Source of the DNA: Candidatus Bipolaricaulota bacterium
GTDB lineage: Bacteria > Bipolaricaulota > Bipolaricaulia > RBG-16-55-9 > DRXL01
Length of the DNA stretch: 64,000 nucleotides
Direction of reading: 5' to 3'
Assembly: GCA_025060395.1 (NCBI GenBank)
Contig: JANXCC010000002.1
Coordinates: 102,234-166,233, forward strand
Within the stretch, counting starts at the first letter, position 1, and every line of letters starts with the position of its first letter. This document shows, piece after piece, positions 55,796 through 64,000 of the stretch. The notes beneath the pieces are model-generated. The model ran no database searches and was not told the DNA's origin. It saw only the letters and a program-made list of their open reading frames with translations. The position numbers and the translations under genes were made by a program.

Positions 55796-57325
55796 GTGAT
55801 CCCTATGAAACCTAGAGCACTCCTCTCTGTTAGCGATAAAGCGAATTTAGCCGAGTTTGCTCACGGTCTCGTCGAGTTAGGGTGGGAGCTCATCTCTACC
55901 GGAGGCACGGCTAAGTTCTTACAAGAGCGCAAGATCCCCGTGACGTCCATCGAGTCTGTGACGGGATTCCCTGAAATTTTAAGCGGACGCGTCAAGACCC
56001 TGCACCCTAAAATATTTGGAGGGATTCTCGCCCTCCGAGACGATCCGAAACACCAAAGCGAGCTTGCTGCCCAAGCGATCCAAACAATAGACTTGGTCTG
56101 CGTCAATTTCTACCCGTTCATCGAAGCTGCGAGGAGGCCTGATCTCTCTGAAGGACAGCTCATCGAAGAGATCGACATTGGTGGGCCTTCGCTCGTCCGC
56201 GCCGCTGCGAAGAATTTTCAGCATGTCATCGTGCTGACCGATCCGTCAGATTATTCAAATGTCTTGGAAGAGCTGCGTCGAGGAGGCGTCTCGGAGATGA
56301 CGCGGCGGCGCTTAGCCCTGAAGGCCTTCGCCAAAGTCGCTGAGCTCGATATCGCGATCTATCAGACGCTGCAAGGGCGATGGAATCTCCCACGCGAGAA
56401 GCTCTTCTTTGCATACAGCAAGGCCCACGAGCTGCGCTATGGCGAGAACCCTCATCAGAGAGCTGCGCTCTATCAGAACGCACTTGCGCCGGGACTCGCA
56501 TCACAGATAGAAGTCTTGTGGGGTAAAGAGCTCTCATATAATAATTGGCTCGACACCGAGTCGGCCTTAGCGCTCTTAGGCGAGCTAGTGCCGCCGGCGT
56601 GCGTGATCATCAAGCACAATAACCCGTGCGGGGTCGCGCGCGGCAAGACCCTGCTCGAAGCTTATGAACGCGCTCTCGAATGCGATCCCATCTCGGCGTT
56701 TGGAGGGATCGTCGCACTAAATGAGATTGTAGACAAGAAGCTCGCTGAGAAGCTCAATGAGATCTTTTTGGAGATCATCGTTGCGCCGGATTTTGCGCCC
56801 GACGCCCTGCCCGTCTTACAGCAAAAGAAAGACCGTCGGCTCTTGCGCTTCAGAGCGCTGCGCTTCCCCTCAGAGTCGCTGCGCTTTCTCTCCGGAGATC
56901 TGCTCGTCCAAGATACCGACAGCATTGTGATTCAAGAAAGCACGTGGAAGGTGCTCGACGACGGTGCGCTCTCAGAATCGGAGAGAAGCGATCTGATCTT
57001 CGCATTTACTGTGTGCAAGCATGTCAAGTCCAACGCGATTGTTGTGGCTAAAGATGAGGCGACACTGGGAATCGGCGCAGGGCAGATGAACCGGGTTGGC
57101 TCGGCACGGATTGCGCTTACCCAAGCTGGAGAAAAAGCTCGCGGCGCGGTGCTCGCGTCGGATGGGTTCTTCCCATTCCCCGATACTGTAGAATTAGCTG
57201 CACAATATGGGATCGCAGCGATCATCCAGCCGGGCGGCTCGGTGCGCGACGAAGAAGCCTTTGAAGTCGCGAGAAAGCACAAGATCAAGATGGTCATAAC
57301 GGGGGTGCGCCACTTCCGCCATTGA
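55796..57325 (+). CDS. purH: Bifunctional AICAR transformylase / IMP cyclohydrolase. The start may be the ATG at 55805 rather than the GTG at 55796.
   Basis: It has an MGS-like N-terminal domain (LLSVSDK) and an AICARFT C-terminal domain, conserved over its full length. Confidence 0.92.
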   Translation: MIPMKPRALLSVSDKANLAEFAHGLVELGWELISTGGTAKFLQERKIPVTSIESVTGFPEILSGRVKTLHPKIFGGILALRDDPKHQSELAAQAIQTIDLVCVNFYPFIEAARRPDLSEGQLIEEIDIGGPSLVRAAAKNFQHVIVLTDPSDYSNVLEELRRGGVSEMTRRRLALKAFAKVAELDIAIYQTLQGRWNLPREKLFFAYSKAHELRYGENPHQRAALYQNALAPGLASQIEVLWGKELSYNNWLDTESALALLGELVPPACVIIKHNNPCGVARGKTLLEAYERALECDPISAFGGIVALNEIVDKKLAEKLNEIFLEIIVAPDFAPDALPVLQQKKDRRLLRFRALRFPSESLRFLSGDLLVQDTDSIVIQESTWKVLDDGALSESERSDLIFAFTVCKHVKSNAIVVAKDEATLGIGAGQMNRVGSARIALTQAGEKARGAVLASDGFFPFPDTVELAAQYGIAAIIQPGGSVRDEEAFEVARKHKIKMVITGVRHFRH

Positions 57326-58035
57326 CGCTCAAAGTGATCTTCTTCGATCTCGACGAGACTCTTTTGGACACGTCGGGCTGTCGGCCTCCGGCGGTCGAGG
57401 CAAGCTTTCGCGTTGCAGCGCAGAAGTACCCGAATCTTAGCTTAGAATCATGGCGCAGGGCTTCAGAGGAAGTTAAGGCCGAGATGCACGACTTATGGCT
57501 CAACTCGCCCAACTCCGGCGCAGAGCTCTTGCGCGAGGGCTCATATCGCATCTTGAAGAAGCTGGGCATAGACGATAGCGAATTAGCAACCGACGTCAGT
57601 CAAGCGTACTATCGGACGTGGGTGAGCCATCTGAAGCTCTTCCCGGACGCGCGAGCAGTGCTTGAAGCCCTGCGCGGGCGATTTCGTCTGGGGATGATCA
57701 GCAACGGGCCGAGCGACGTGCAGCGATATAAGCTGAAGCTTTTCGATCTGGAGCGCGAGTTCGACCCGATTGTGATCTCTGGAGAGATTGGGGTAGCCAA
57801 GCCCGATCCGGCAATCTTTCGTCGTGCGGTAGAGCTCGCGCGGGTCTTGCCGAGCGAGGCGCTTTACGTCGGGGACTCGCCGATGTATGATATCACGGGG
57901 GCCAAGAGTATAGGAATGAAGATGATCTGGGTGAATCGAAATAGTCTGCCCACCGAGAATCTGGAGATTAAACCAGATGGAGTGGTGCGGGATTTACGAG
58001 AAATTCTGAAGATTACCGTTCTGCAGAGAGTCTAG
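57322..58035 (+). CDS. HAD-IA family hydrolase.
   Basis: FFDLDETLLDT (motif I), SNG (motif II) and GDSPMYDI (motif IV). Confidence 0.8.
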   Translation: MTLKVIFFDLDETLLDTSGCRPPAVEASFRVAAQKYPNLSLESWRRASEEVKAEMHDLWLNSPNSGAELLREGSYRILKKLGIDDSELATDVSQAYYRTWVSHLKLFPDARAVLEALRGRFRLGMISNGPSDVQRYKLKLFDLEREFDPIVISGEIGVAKPDPAIFRRAVELARVLPSEALYVGDSPMYDITGAKSIGMKMIWVNRNSLPTENLEIKPDGVVRDLREILKITVLQRV

Positions 58036-58051
58036 AGTAGCTGAGGCAAAT

Positions 58052-59305
58052 ATGAAAGTCCTTCTCATCGGCTCTGGCGGTCGCGAACACGCGCTTGCGT
58101 GGGGGATGGCCCAATCTCCCAAGCTCTCGAAGCTCTTTATCGCCCCGGGCAACGCCGGCACAGCTCAGCTCGGAGAGAACGTCCCCATCAGCGCCGAAAA
58201 TCTCTCCGAGCTTGCCCAGTTCGCCCGAACAGAGAAGATTGACTTGACTGTCGTCGGCCCCGAAGCCCCCATCGTCGCCGGAATCAGGGATCTCTTCGAG
58301 AGAGAGAATCTCAAAATCATCGCACCTACTCAGAGGACATCGTTCCTCGAGGGCAGCAAGGTCCATGCGAAAGCATTCATGGAGAAGCACGGCATCCCCA
58401 CGGCGCGACATGCGAGCTTTGAGAGCTTTGAGCGTGCTGTCACGTTCGCCCGCACGATGCAGCCCCCCATTGTGATCAAAGCTGACGGGCTCGCGGCAGG
58501 CAAGGGCGTCGCCATCGCGCAATCACACGCCGAAGCCGAACAGGTTCTCAGAGAGTTTATGATCGCGAAAAGATTCGGCGCAGCCTCCCAGCGCGTCGTC
58601 GTCGAAGAGTTTTTAGCCGGAAAAGAGTTCTCACTCTTTGTCGCTTCGGATGGAGTCTCTTGGAAATTGCTGGGCACAGCCCAAGATTATAAGAGACTGC
58701 TCGACGGCGACCGCGGCCCCAACACCGGCGGCATGGGCTCGATCTCCCCAGTGCCCTGGCTCACCGAAAAGATGCTTGACGAGACAGTAAGCAAGATCGT
58801 AGCGCCAACTTTTGAAGCCCTACGCAACGAGAATCTCAGTTATGAAGGAATTCTATACTTCGGGCTGATCTGGACGGAGCGCGGCCCGTGTGTCTTAGAG
58901 TACAATGTGCGCTTTGGCGACCCAGAGACCCAAGTCTTAGTGCCCCGCTTCAACTTCGATCTACTCGAACTCTATCTCGCTATCGCTGAGCGTCGCTTAG
59001 AGAGCTTTGAGACACAGCTCAAGCCCCTTAGTGCTGTGTGCGTCGTATTAGCATCGGGAGGGTATCCGGAGCATTACGAGAAGGGCTTTGTGGTCGAAGG
59101 GCTTGAAGCACTCAAGGGGGAGAGGGTGCTGGTCTTTCACGCCGGCACGGCGCTCAAAGATAGCGCAGTTGTGACATCTGGCGGACGGGTGCTCAACGTC
59201 GTCGGGCTTGGAGCTTCTGTGAACGAAGCTCGTGAACGCGCTTATACGGCGATACCGAAGATCAGCTTTCAGAGGATGCACTACCGTCGGGATATTGCAG
59301 CCTGA
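58052..59305 (+). CDS. purD: Phosphoribosylamine--glycine ligase.
   Basis: It has the ATP-grasp GARS family pattern over its full length. Confidence 0.92.
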   Translation: MKVLLIGSGGREHALAWGMAQSPKLSKLFIAPGNAGTAQLGENVPISAENLSELAQFARTEKIDLTVVGPEAPIVAGIRDLFERENLKIIAPTQRTSFLEGSKVHAKAFMEKHGIPTARHASFESFERAVTFARTMQPPIVIKADGLAAGKGVAIAQSHAEAEQVLREFMIAKRFGAASQRVVVEEFLAGKEFSLFVASDGVSWKLLGTAQDYKRLLDGDRGPNTGGMGSISPVPWLTEKMLDETVSKIVAPTFEALRNENLSYEGILYFGLIWTERGPCVLEYNVRFGDPETQVLVPRFNFDLLELYLAIAERRLESFETQLKPLSAVCVVLASGGYPEHYEKGFVVEGLEALKGERVLVFHAGTALKDSAVVTSGGRVLNVVGLGASVNEARERAYTAIPKISFQRMHYRRDIAA

Positions 59306-59377
59306 CGCACTCCTCTGATATAATACAACAATCACTCGCGCACTCGTCCACTGCTGGTAAAGATAGGGGAGATACCT

Positions 59378-60823
59378 ATGGCTGAGATCGAGCTGAGGAG
59401 AATTTCAGAATATATCTGGGAGATCCCGCAGACGGGCGGGATGCGCGTCCCAGCACGCGTCTTTGCGAGCGAGAAGCTCTTAGAGAAAATCAAGGAAGAT
59501 GAGACGCTCCTCCAAGCGCGCAACATGGCCTATCTGCCGGGGGTGCATAGCCCCGTCTGCGTCCTCCCTGATGCCCATCAGGGCTACGGCTTCCCCGTAG
59601 GCGGCGTCGCTGCGCTCGACGCCGAGAAAGGCGTCATCTCCCCTGGAGCAATTGGCTTTGACATCAACTGTGGGGTGCGCGTCTGCAAGACGAACTTAAC
59701 GTACGACGACCTCAAGGGCAAGGAACAGCTCTTGGTCGACACGCTCTTTAGCGAGATCCCCACCGGGATTGGCGAAGGGTCTATTGTCGGCAAGCTCTCT
59801 AAGTCCGAGCTCGATAAAGTCGCGGTCGAAGGGGTGCGCTGGGCGCTGCGCCATGGCTTTGCTGTCGAAGAAGATCTTGAGCATTGCGAAGACAATGGCG
59901 TCCGCCCCGGCGCGGACCCTGACGCCGTATCTAACGAAGCCAAGGAGCGTGCGCAGAAGCAATTGGGCTCTTTGGGGTCTGGAAATCACTTCTTGGAGGT
60001 CCAGCGCGTCGCCGAGATCTTCGACGAGGACGTCGCCAGAGAGTTCGGGCTCTTTAAAGACCAGATCGTCGTGATGATTCATTGTGGCAGCCGTGGCTAT
60101 GGGCATCAGATCTGCACGGACTATTTGAGGTTGATCGAAAAGGAGCATCGCGATCTGTTGAACTCGCTGCCAGATAGACAGCTTGCGTGCGCACCGGTCC
60201 ATAGCAAGCTCGCCCAAGACTATTACGCTGCTATGAACTGCGCGATCAACTTTGCCTGGTGCAATAGACAGATTATTATGCACAAAGCTCGGGAGTGCTT
60301 TGAGAAAGTCTTTCGGGCGAGCTGGCGCGAGCTGGGTATGCAATTGCTCTACGACGTCGCGCACAATATCGGCAAGCGCGAGACCCACAGAATCAACGGG
60401 CGCGAGATCGACGTCTATGTCCATCGCAAGGGGGCGACGCGGGCCTTCGCGCCGGGGCGTCCTGAAGTCCCTGAAGCATTTCGAAGAGTTGGGCAGCCCA
60501 TTATCATCCCCGGTTCGATGGGCACCGGCGGCTATATCTTAGTGGGCACGGAGACTGCGATGCGTGAGACGTTCGGCAGCACGGCCCACGGAGCTGGTCG
60601 CGTCATGAGCCGTACGAAAGCGACCAAGGAGTATCGCGCAGACAATCTCGTGGCGGAGCTGCGCGAGCGCGGGATCTACGTGCGCGGGCAGAGCAAGGCT
60701 ACTATCGCCGAAGAAGCTCCTGGGGCGTATAAAGACTTGGATGAAGTCGTGCGGGTCAGCCACGAGGTGGGGATTGGCCGGAAAGTCGCAAAACTCTTGC
60801 CCGTTTGTAATATCAAGGGCTAA
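59378..60823 (+). CDS. rtcB: RtcB-family RNA 3'-phosphate/5'-hydroxyl ligase.
   Basis: It has conserved RtcB metal-binding His/Cys blocks (FDINCGVR, GSGNHF, HCGSRG, AHNI) and the GMP-His motif. Confidence 0.9.
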   Translation: MAEIELRRISEYIWEIPQTGGMRVPARVFASEKLLEKIKEDETLLQARNMAYLPGVHSPVCVLPDAHQGYGFPVGGVAALDAEKGVISPGAIGFDINCGVRVCKTNLTYDDLKGKEQLLVDTLFSEIPTGIGEGSIVGKLSKSELDKVAVEGVRWALRHGFAVEEDLEHCEDNGVRPGADPDAVSNEAKERAQKQLGSLGSGNHFLEVQRVAEIFDEDVAREFGLFKDQIVVMIHCGSRGYGHQICTDYLRLIEKEHRDLLNSLPDRQLACAPVHSKLAQDYYAAMNCAINFAWCNRQIIMHKARECFEKVFRASWRELGMQLLYDVAHNIGKRETHRINGREIDVYVHRKGATRAFAPGRPEVPEAFRRVGQPIIIPGSMGTGGYILVGTETAMRETFGSTAHGAGRVMSRTKATKEYRADNLVAELRERGIYVRGQSKATIAEEAPGAYKDLDEVVRVSHEVGIGRKVAKLLPVCNIKG

Positions 60824-61719
60824 AGCTTGCCGCGCAAGCGGGGGTCGAGCACGTCTCGGAGTCCGTCTCCTAAGAGATTGAACCCCAAGACCGAGAGCAT
60901 AATCGCCAAGCCTGGGAAAGTCGCAATATGAGGCCAGTCTCGTAGATAATCCCTGCCTGTACTCAGCATGACACCCCATTCGGGCATAGGGGGCTTGGCT
61001 CCTAAGCCTAAAAAGCCCAAGCCCGCTGCAAAGAGAATCGCTGTGGCGATCTGAAGCGTTGACTGCACGATGATCGGAGCAAGGCAGTTGGGCAATATAT
61101 GCCGAAAGATGATGCGGCTATCGCTCATGCCTATAGCCTTCGCCGCCGCTATGTAGTCCATCTCACGCAGCGCCAACACTGATCCCCGCACCAATCGCAC
61201 ATACGTGGGGATCGATGCAACACCGATGGCCACCATCACATTAGAAAGCCCGACCCCCAAGATGCTGATCAAGACGATAGCTAAGAGCAACCCTGGGAAG
61301 GCCAGCATGATATCGACAAGCCGTTGCATTAAGATATCGAGGCGCCCGCCATAATAGCCCGAGATCGCTCCCAGGGGCACCCCACACACTACCCCGATAG
61401 CCACGGCGATAAACCCAATCCACAACGAGATGCGTGCCCCATAGATGATTCGACTCAAGATATCGCGTCCTAGCTCGTCTCGCCCCAGGGGGCTGTCCCA
61501 GCTTGGGCCCTCGCGAGCGCGCCCAAAGTCAGGCCGCAACGGATCGTGAGGGGCAATCCAGGGAGCCAAGAGCCCCGCCCCCATGAAGAGCACGACAATA
61601 GTTAACCCCAACATGGCCGAGGGGCTCTTGCGGAAGCGGCGCCAGAGCGTGCCACGCCGCACAAGAGTTACCTCGTCCGCGCTCTTCTCAGCTCGCGAGA
61701 CCAACGTCTTGTTAATCAT
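60820..61719 (-). CDS. Peptide ABC transporter permease, DppC/OppC-type.
   Basis: It has six TM segments and the ABC permease EAA-like motif (AAKAIGMSDSRII). Confidence 0.88.
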   Translation of the reverse strand: MINKTLVSRAEKSADEVTLVRRGTLWRRFRKSPSAMLGLTIVVLFMGAGLLAPWIAPHDPLRPDFGRAREGPSWDSPLGRDELGRDILSRIIYGARISLWIGFIAVAIGVVCGVPLGAISGYYGGRLDILMQRLVDIMLAFPGLLLAIVLISILGVGLSNVMVAIGVASIPTYVRLVRGSVLALREMDYIAAAKAIGMSDSRIIFRHILPNCLAPIIVQSTLQIATAILFAAGLGFLGLGAKPPMPEWGVMLSTGRDYLRDWPHIATFPGLAIMLSVLGFNLLGDGLRDVLDPRLRGKL

Positions 61720-62650
61720 AGCGAATCCGGGGGTCTATATACGCATAGAGCAGATCCACTAAGAGATTGACCACGACGAACGCGAGAGCAACGATGAGAA
61801 TTGCTCCTTGCACGATGGGATAATCTCGCGTCAAAATTCCCTCTTCCACGATGAGCCTGCCGATGCCAGGCCAAGCAAAGACCGTCTCGGTGAGCACGGC
61901 GCCGCTGAGCAACCCTCCAAAAGCTAGGCCTACAACCGTCACCACGGGGATGAGCGCGTTGCGCAACGCGTGCTTGAAGATCACCGAGATCTGCGGCGCT
62001 CCCTTCGCTTGCGCTGTTAAGATATACTCTTGGCGCAGGACCTCGAGCATCGTCGAGCGCACCATGCGCGCGATGATCGCTGCAGAAGTCGTTCCCAATG
62101 TAATAGCAGGCAAGATGACATGCCAGATCGTGCCCCGGCCAGTAGCCGGCAATCCCCACCCCAGCCACTGCGGCAACCATAATGAGAAGATAAGCATTAA
62201 CATAATGCCTTGCCAAAAGACGGGCATAGAGACGCCAAAGAGCGCGCCGATCATGCTGATATTGTCCCAGATCGAATAGGGACGCAGCGCCGAGATGATC
62301 CCGGCAGTAAAGCCAATGATCACGGCTACGACCATTGCCGCTACGGTCAATTCCAAGGTGTTGAGAAAACGCCCCCAGACCTTAGAAGCTACGGGTTCTT
62401 TGGTCTTGAGCGACTTGCCTAGATCCCCTCGCAGAAGCTTCTCGAGGAAGTCAAGATACTGGACCATGAAGGGGCGATCCAGCCCAAGTTCCTGACGAAT
62501 AGCGCGCAAGATCTCTTCCGTAGCTCCTTGGCCAGCGATCTCGAGCGCTGGATCTCCTGGCTGCAGGCGCACCACAGCAAAGATTAAAAAAGTGACCCCC
62601 AAAAGCGTTGGGATAGCAAGTAGAAGGCGTCGTATGATGTAGCTGAGCAT
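61712..62650 (-). CDS. Peptide ABC transporter permease, DppB/OppB-type.
   Basis: The N-terminus MLSYIIRRLL..IPTLLGV is typical. It has the EAA motif. Confidence 0.88.
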   Translation of the reverse strand: MLSYIIRRLLLAIPTLLGVTFLIFAVVRLQPGDPALEIAGQGATEEILRAIRQELGLDRPFMVQYLDFLEKLLRGDLGKSLKTKEPVASKVWGRFLNTLELTVAAMVVAVIIGFTAGIISALRPYSIWDNISMIGALFGVSMPVFWQGIMLMLIFSLWLPQWLGWGLPATGRGTIWHVILPAITLGTTSAAIIARMVRSTMLEVLRQEYILTAQAKGAPQISVIFKHALRNALIPVVTVVGLAFGGLLSGAVLTETVFAWPGIGRLIVEEGILTRDYPIVQGAILIVALAFVVVNLLVDLLYAYIDPRIRYD

Positions 62651-62721
62651 AGGGGAGCCCTCTCGGCCTCCCCTCTCCCCCGAGGGTGGGGGAGAGGGGA
62701 GCGAGAGAGCCTACACAGCAC

Positions 62722-64000
62722 TTACTCGAGCCAGGTCTTCCAGAGGATGAGCCGCTCGGTTACGTGGACTTCAGCGTTCTTGACGTTCTTGCGGATGCCG
62801 GTGATCTGGCTCTCGCTGTGCGAGAAGATCCACGGCGCATCCTCCCAGATCAGCTTCTGAGCTTCGGCGTAGATTGCCTTGCGCTTAGCCGGATCGGGTT
62901 CCTCGCGCCCCTGTTGCAAGAGCGCGTCGACGCGCTCGTTCTTGTAATAGCCACGGTTGAACGGCCCTGGTGGCCACTGCGACGAATGGAACAAGCTGTA
63001 GAGCCCGTAGTCGGCATCGAGCGTGATCGTGCCCCAGCCCAACAGATAGAGCTGATGCTCGGCCTCGCTAGGCGCCTTGTTGATGAGCGCCAAGAACGAG
63101 ACGAACTCCATGGGGATCAGCTCGACCTCGATCCGGCAGGTGCCCAGCATTGCCTGGACGGCTTGGGCGATCTGGACGTCGCGCACGTAGCGCCCACGCG
63201 GATGATGGAGCTTGAGCTTCAACGGCAAGGTGACGCCGGCCTCACGCAGGAGCGCTGCCGCGCGTGCCGGATCAAACGGGTAGGGGCCGACTTTGGCATA
63301 CCCGAAGACCTGAGGCACAATCGGCGCATCGGAGACGCGGGCCTGCCCGCCCATGATCGTCTTGACGATCGCTTCTTTGTCCACGCAGTAGTTGAGCGCC
63401 TGGCGGACGCGCTTGTCGGCGAGCGGGTTTGGCGCACCGTCGGGCTTATCAGGGATGCGCTCGCGCACGTTCATCCCGATGTAGATCGTGCGCACGCTGG
63501 TAGTGAAATCGAGCACGATGTTGGGATCGCGTTGCAAGCGCGGCACATCCAGGGGCGGGACGCGCACCGCGATGTGCACCGTGCCCCGCTCCAGCTCGAT
63601 CATGCGCGCGGCATCATCGGGGATGACGCGCCACTCCAGCTCATCCACATAGGGCAGTGGGCGTCCCGCGGCGTCCTTCTCCCAGTAGTTGGGGTTCTTG
63701 ACCAGGATCATCCGTTCGCCGCGCTTCCATTCTTTGAGCATGAACGGTCCAGTCCCGGCGACTTGGTCTTGTAACCCCTTGCCGCAGGGGGGCGCCGCTG
63801 CGATGGCCTCGCGGATGCGCTTGGCGCTCACGATCGTCGCGGCGGTGTGCGCCAGGTGCTGGAGCAAGGGGGCGAAGGGCGAGGCCAGGTTGATCCGCAC
63901 GGTGCTCGCGTCGGGGGCCTCGACAGAAGTAGCGAAGCCTGCTAAGCGCGTGGCGGCAACAGGCTCGACTACCCCGCTGCCGTCGCTGCCAGGAGCGTTG
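62722..64000 (-). CDS. Peptide ABC transporter substrate-binding protein (family 5). Its 5' end lies beyond the window.
   Basis: The frame remains open upstream of the annotated Met to the window edge. Cluster 5 SBP motifs are present. Confidence 0.85.
   Translation of the reverse strand, partial: NAPGSDGSGVVEPVAATRLAGFATSVEAPDASTVRINLASPFAPLLQHLAHTAATIVSAKRIREAIAAAPPCGKGLQDQVAGTGPFMLKEWKRGERMILVKNPNYWEKDAAGRPLPYVDELEWRVIPDDAARMIELERGTVHIAVRVPPLDVPRLQRDPNIVLDFTTSVRTIYIGMNVRERIPDKPDGAPNPLADKRVRQALNYCVDKEAIVKTIMGGQARVSDAPIVPQVFGYAKVGPYPFDPARAAALLREAGVTLPLKLKLHHPRGRYVRDVQIAQAVQAMLGTCRIEVELIPMEFVSFLALINKAPSEAEHQLYLLGWGTITLDADYGLYSLFHSSQWPPGPFNRGYYKNERVDALLQQGREEPDPAKRKAIYAEAQKLIWEDAPWIFSHSESQITGIRKNVKNAEVHVTERLILWKTWLE

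Noticed and set aside
62686-63774. A 362-aa ORF on the plus strand.
   Set aside because: It lies entirely antisense to the well-supported peptide-binding-protein gene. Its GC-rich composition gives long spurious frames.

Overview
This window is high-GC bacterial chromosomal DNA, densely coded on both strands, with no rRNA, tRNA, CRISPR array or obvious mobile element.

Left 12 kb: a cluster of secreted and surface proteins.
- A 5'-truncated parallel beta-helix protein, two PKD-repeat lipoproteins (one with seven FG-GAP blades), and a beta-rich protein with a C-terminal beta-signal.
- A protein with two cohesin-like modules.
- A subtilisin with a Por/T9SS-like C-terminal tail.
- An RTX calcium-repeat protein with InlB-type B-repeats.
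- The beta-helix protein and the cohesin-like protein end in the same dockerin-like tandem repeat (consensus D-x-D/N-R-I/L-x-D-L/I-E-I/M-L-x-A/I-I/L-D-A-W-I-K-G with an EF-hand-like DxDxDxxxxxxE loop). This looks like an unannotated cohesin/dockerin-type cell-surface assembly.

Middle:
- A Tat-exported PQQ/FG-GAP propeller, tsaE and a YkuK-like gene.
- A roughly 390-nt structured-RNA candidate on the minus strand with RNase P RNA-like motifs.
- A histidine kinase/response regulator pair, Crp/Fnr and Lrp regulators, and panB-panE-tig-clpP.
- A minus-strand outer-envelope locus: an SLH + coiled-coil + C-terminal TM tether (like Thermotoga Ompalpha) with its own promoter, followed by three tandem paralogous secreted proteins of about 500-570 aa, each ending in Phe (beta-barrel signature), transcribed from a perfect TTGACA-17-TATAAT promoter.
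- Divergently transcribed clpC has a perfect consensus promoter followed by a CIRCE-like 9-N9-9 inverted repeat.
- A Uma2 endonuclease pseudogene, guaB, and an NfeD-like gene split by an in-frame TAG upstream of flotillin.

Right half:
- A large SARP/NB-ARC/TPR regulator directly abutting purCSQLFM, then leuS with a long structured leader.
- A PEBP lipoprotein, a nucleoside phosphorylase and HU.
- An HAD-like gene plus a divergent PurN-like formyltransferase gene.
- A PfkB kinase, purH, an HAD hydrolase, purD and rtcB.
- The start of a peptide ABC importer (two permeases and a substrate-binding protein running off the window).
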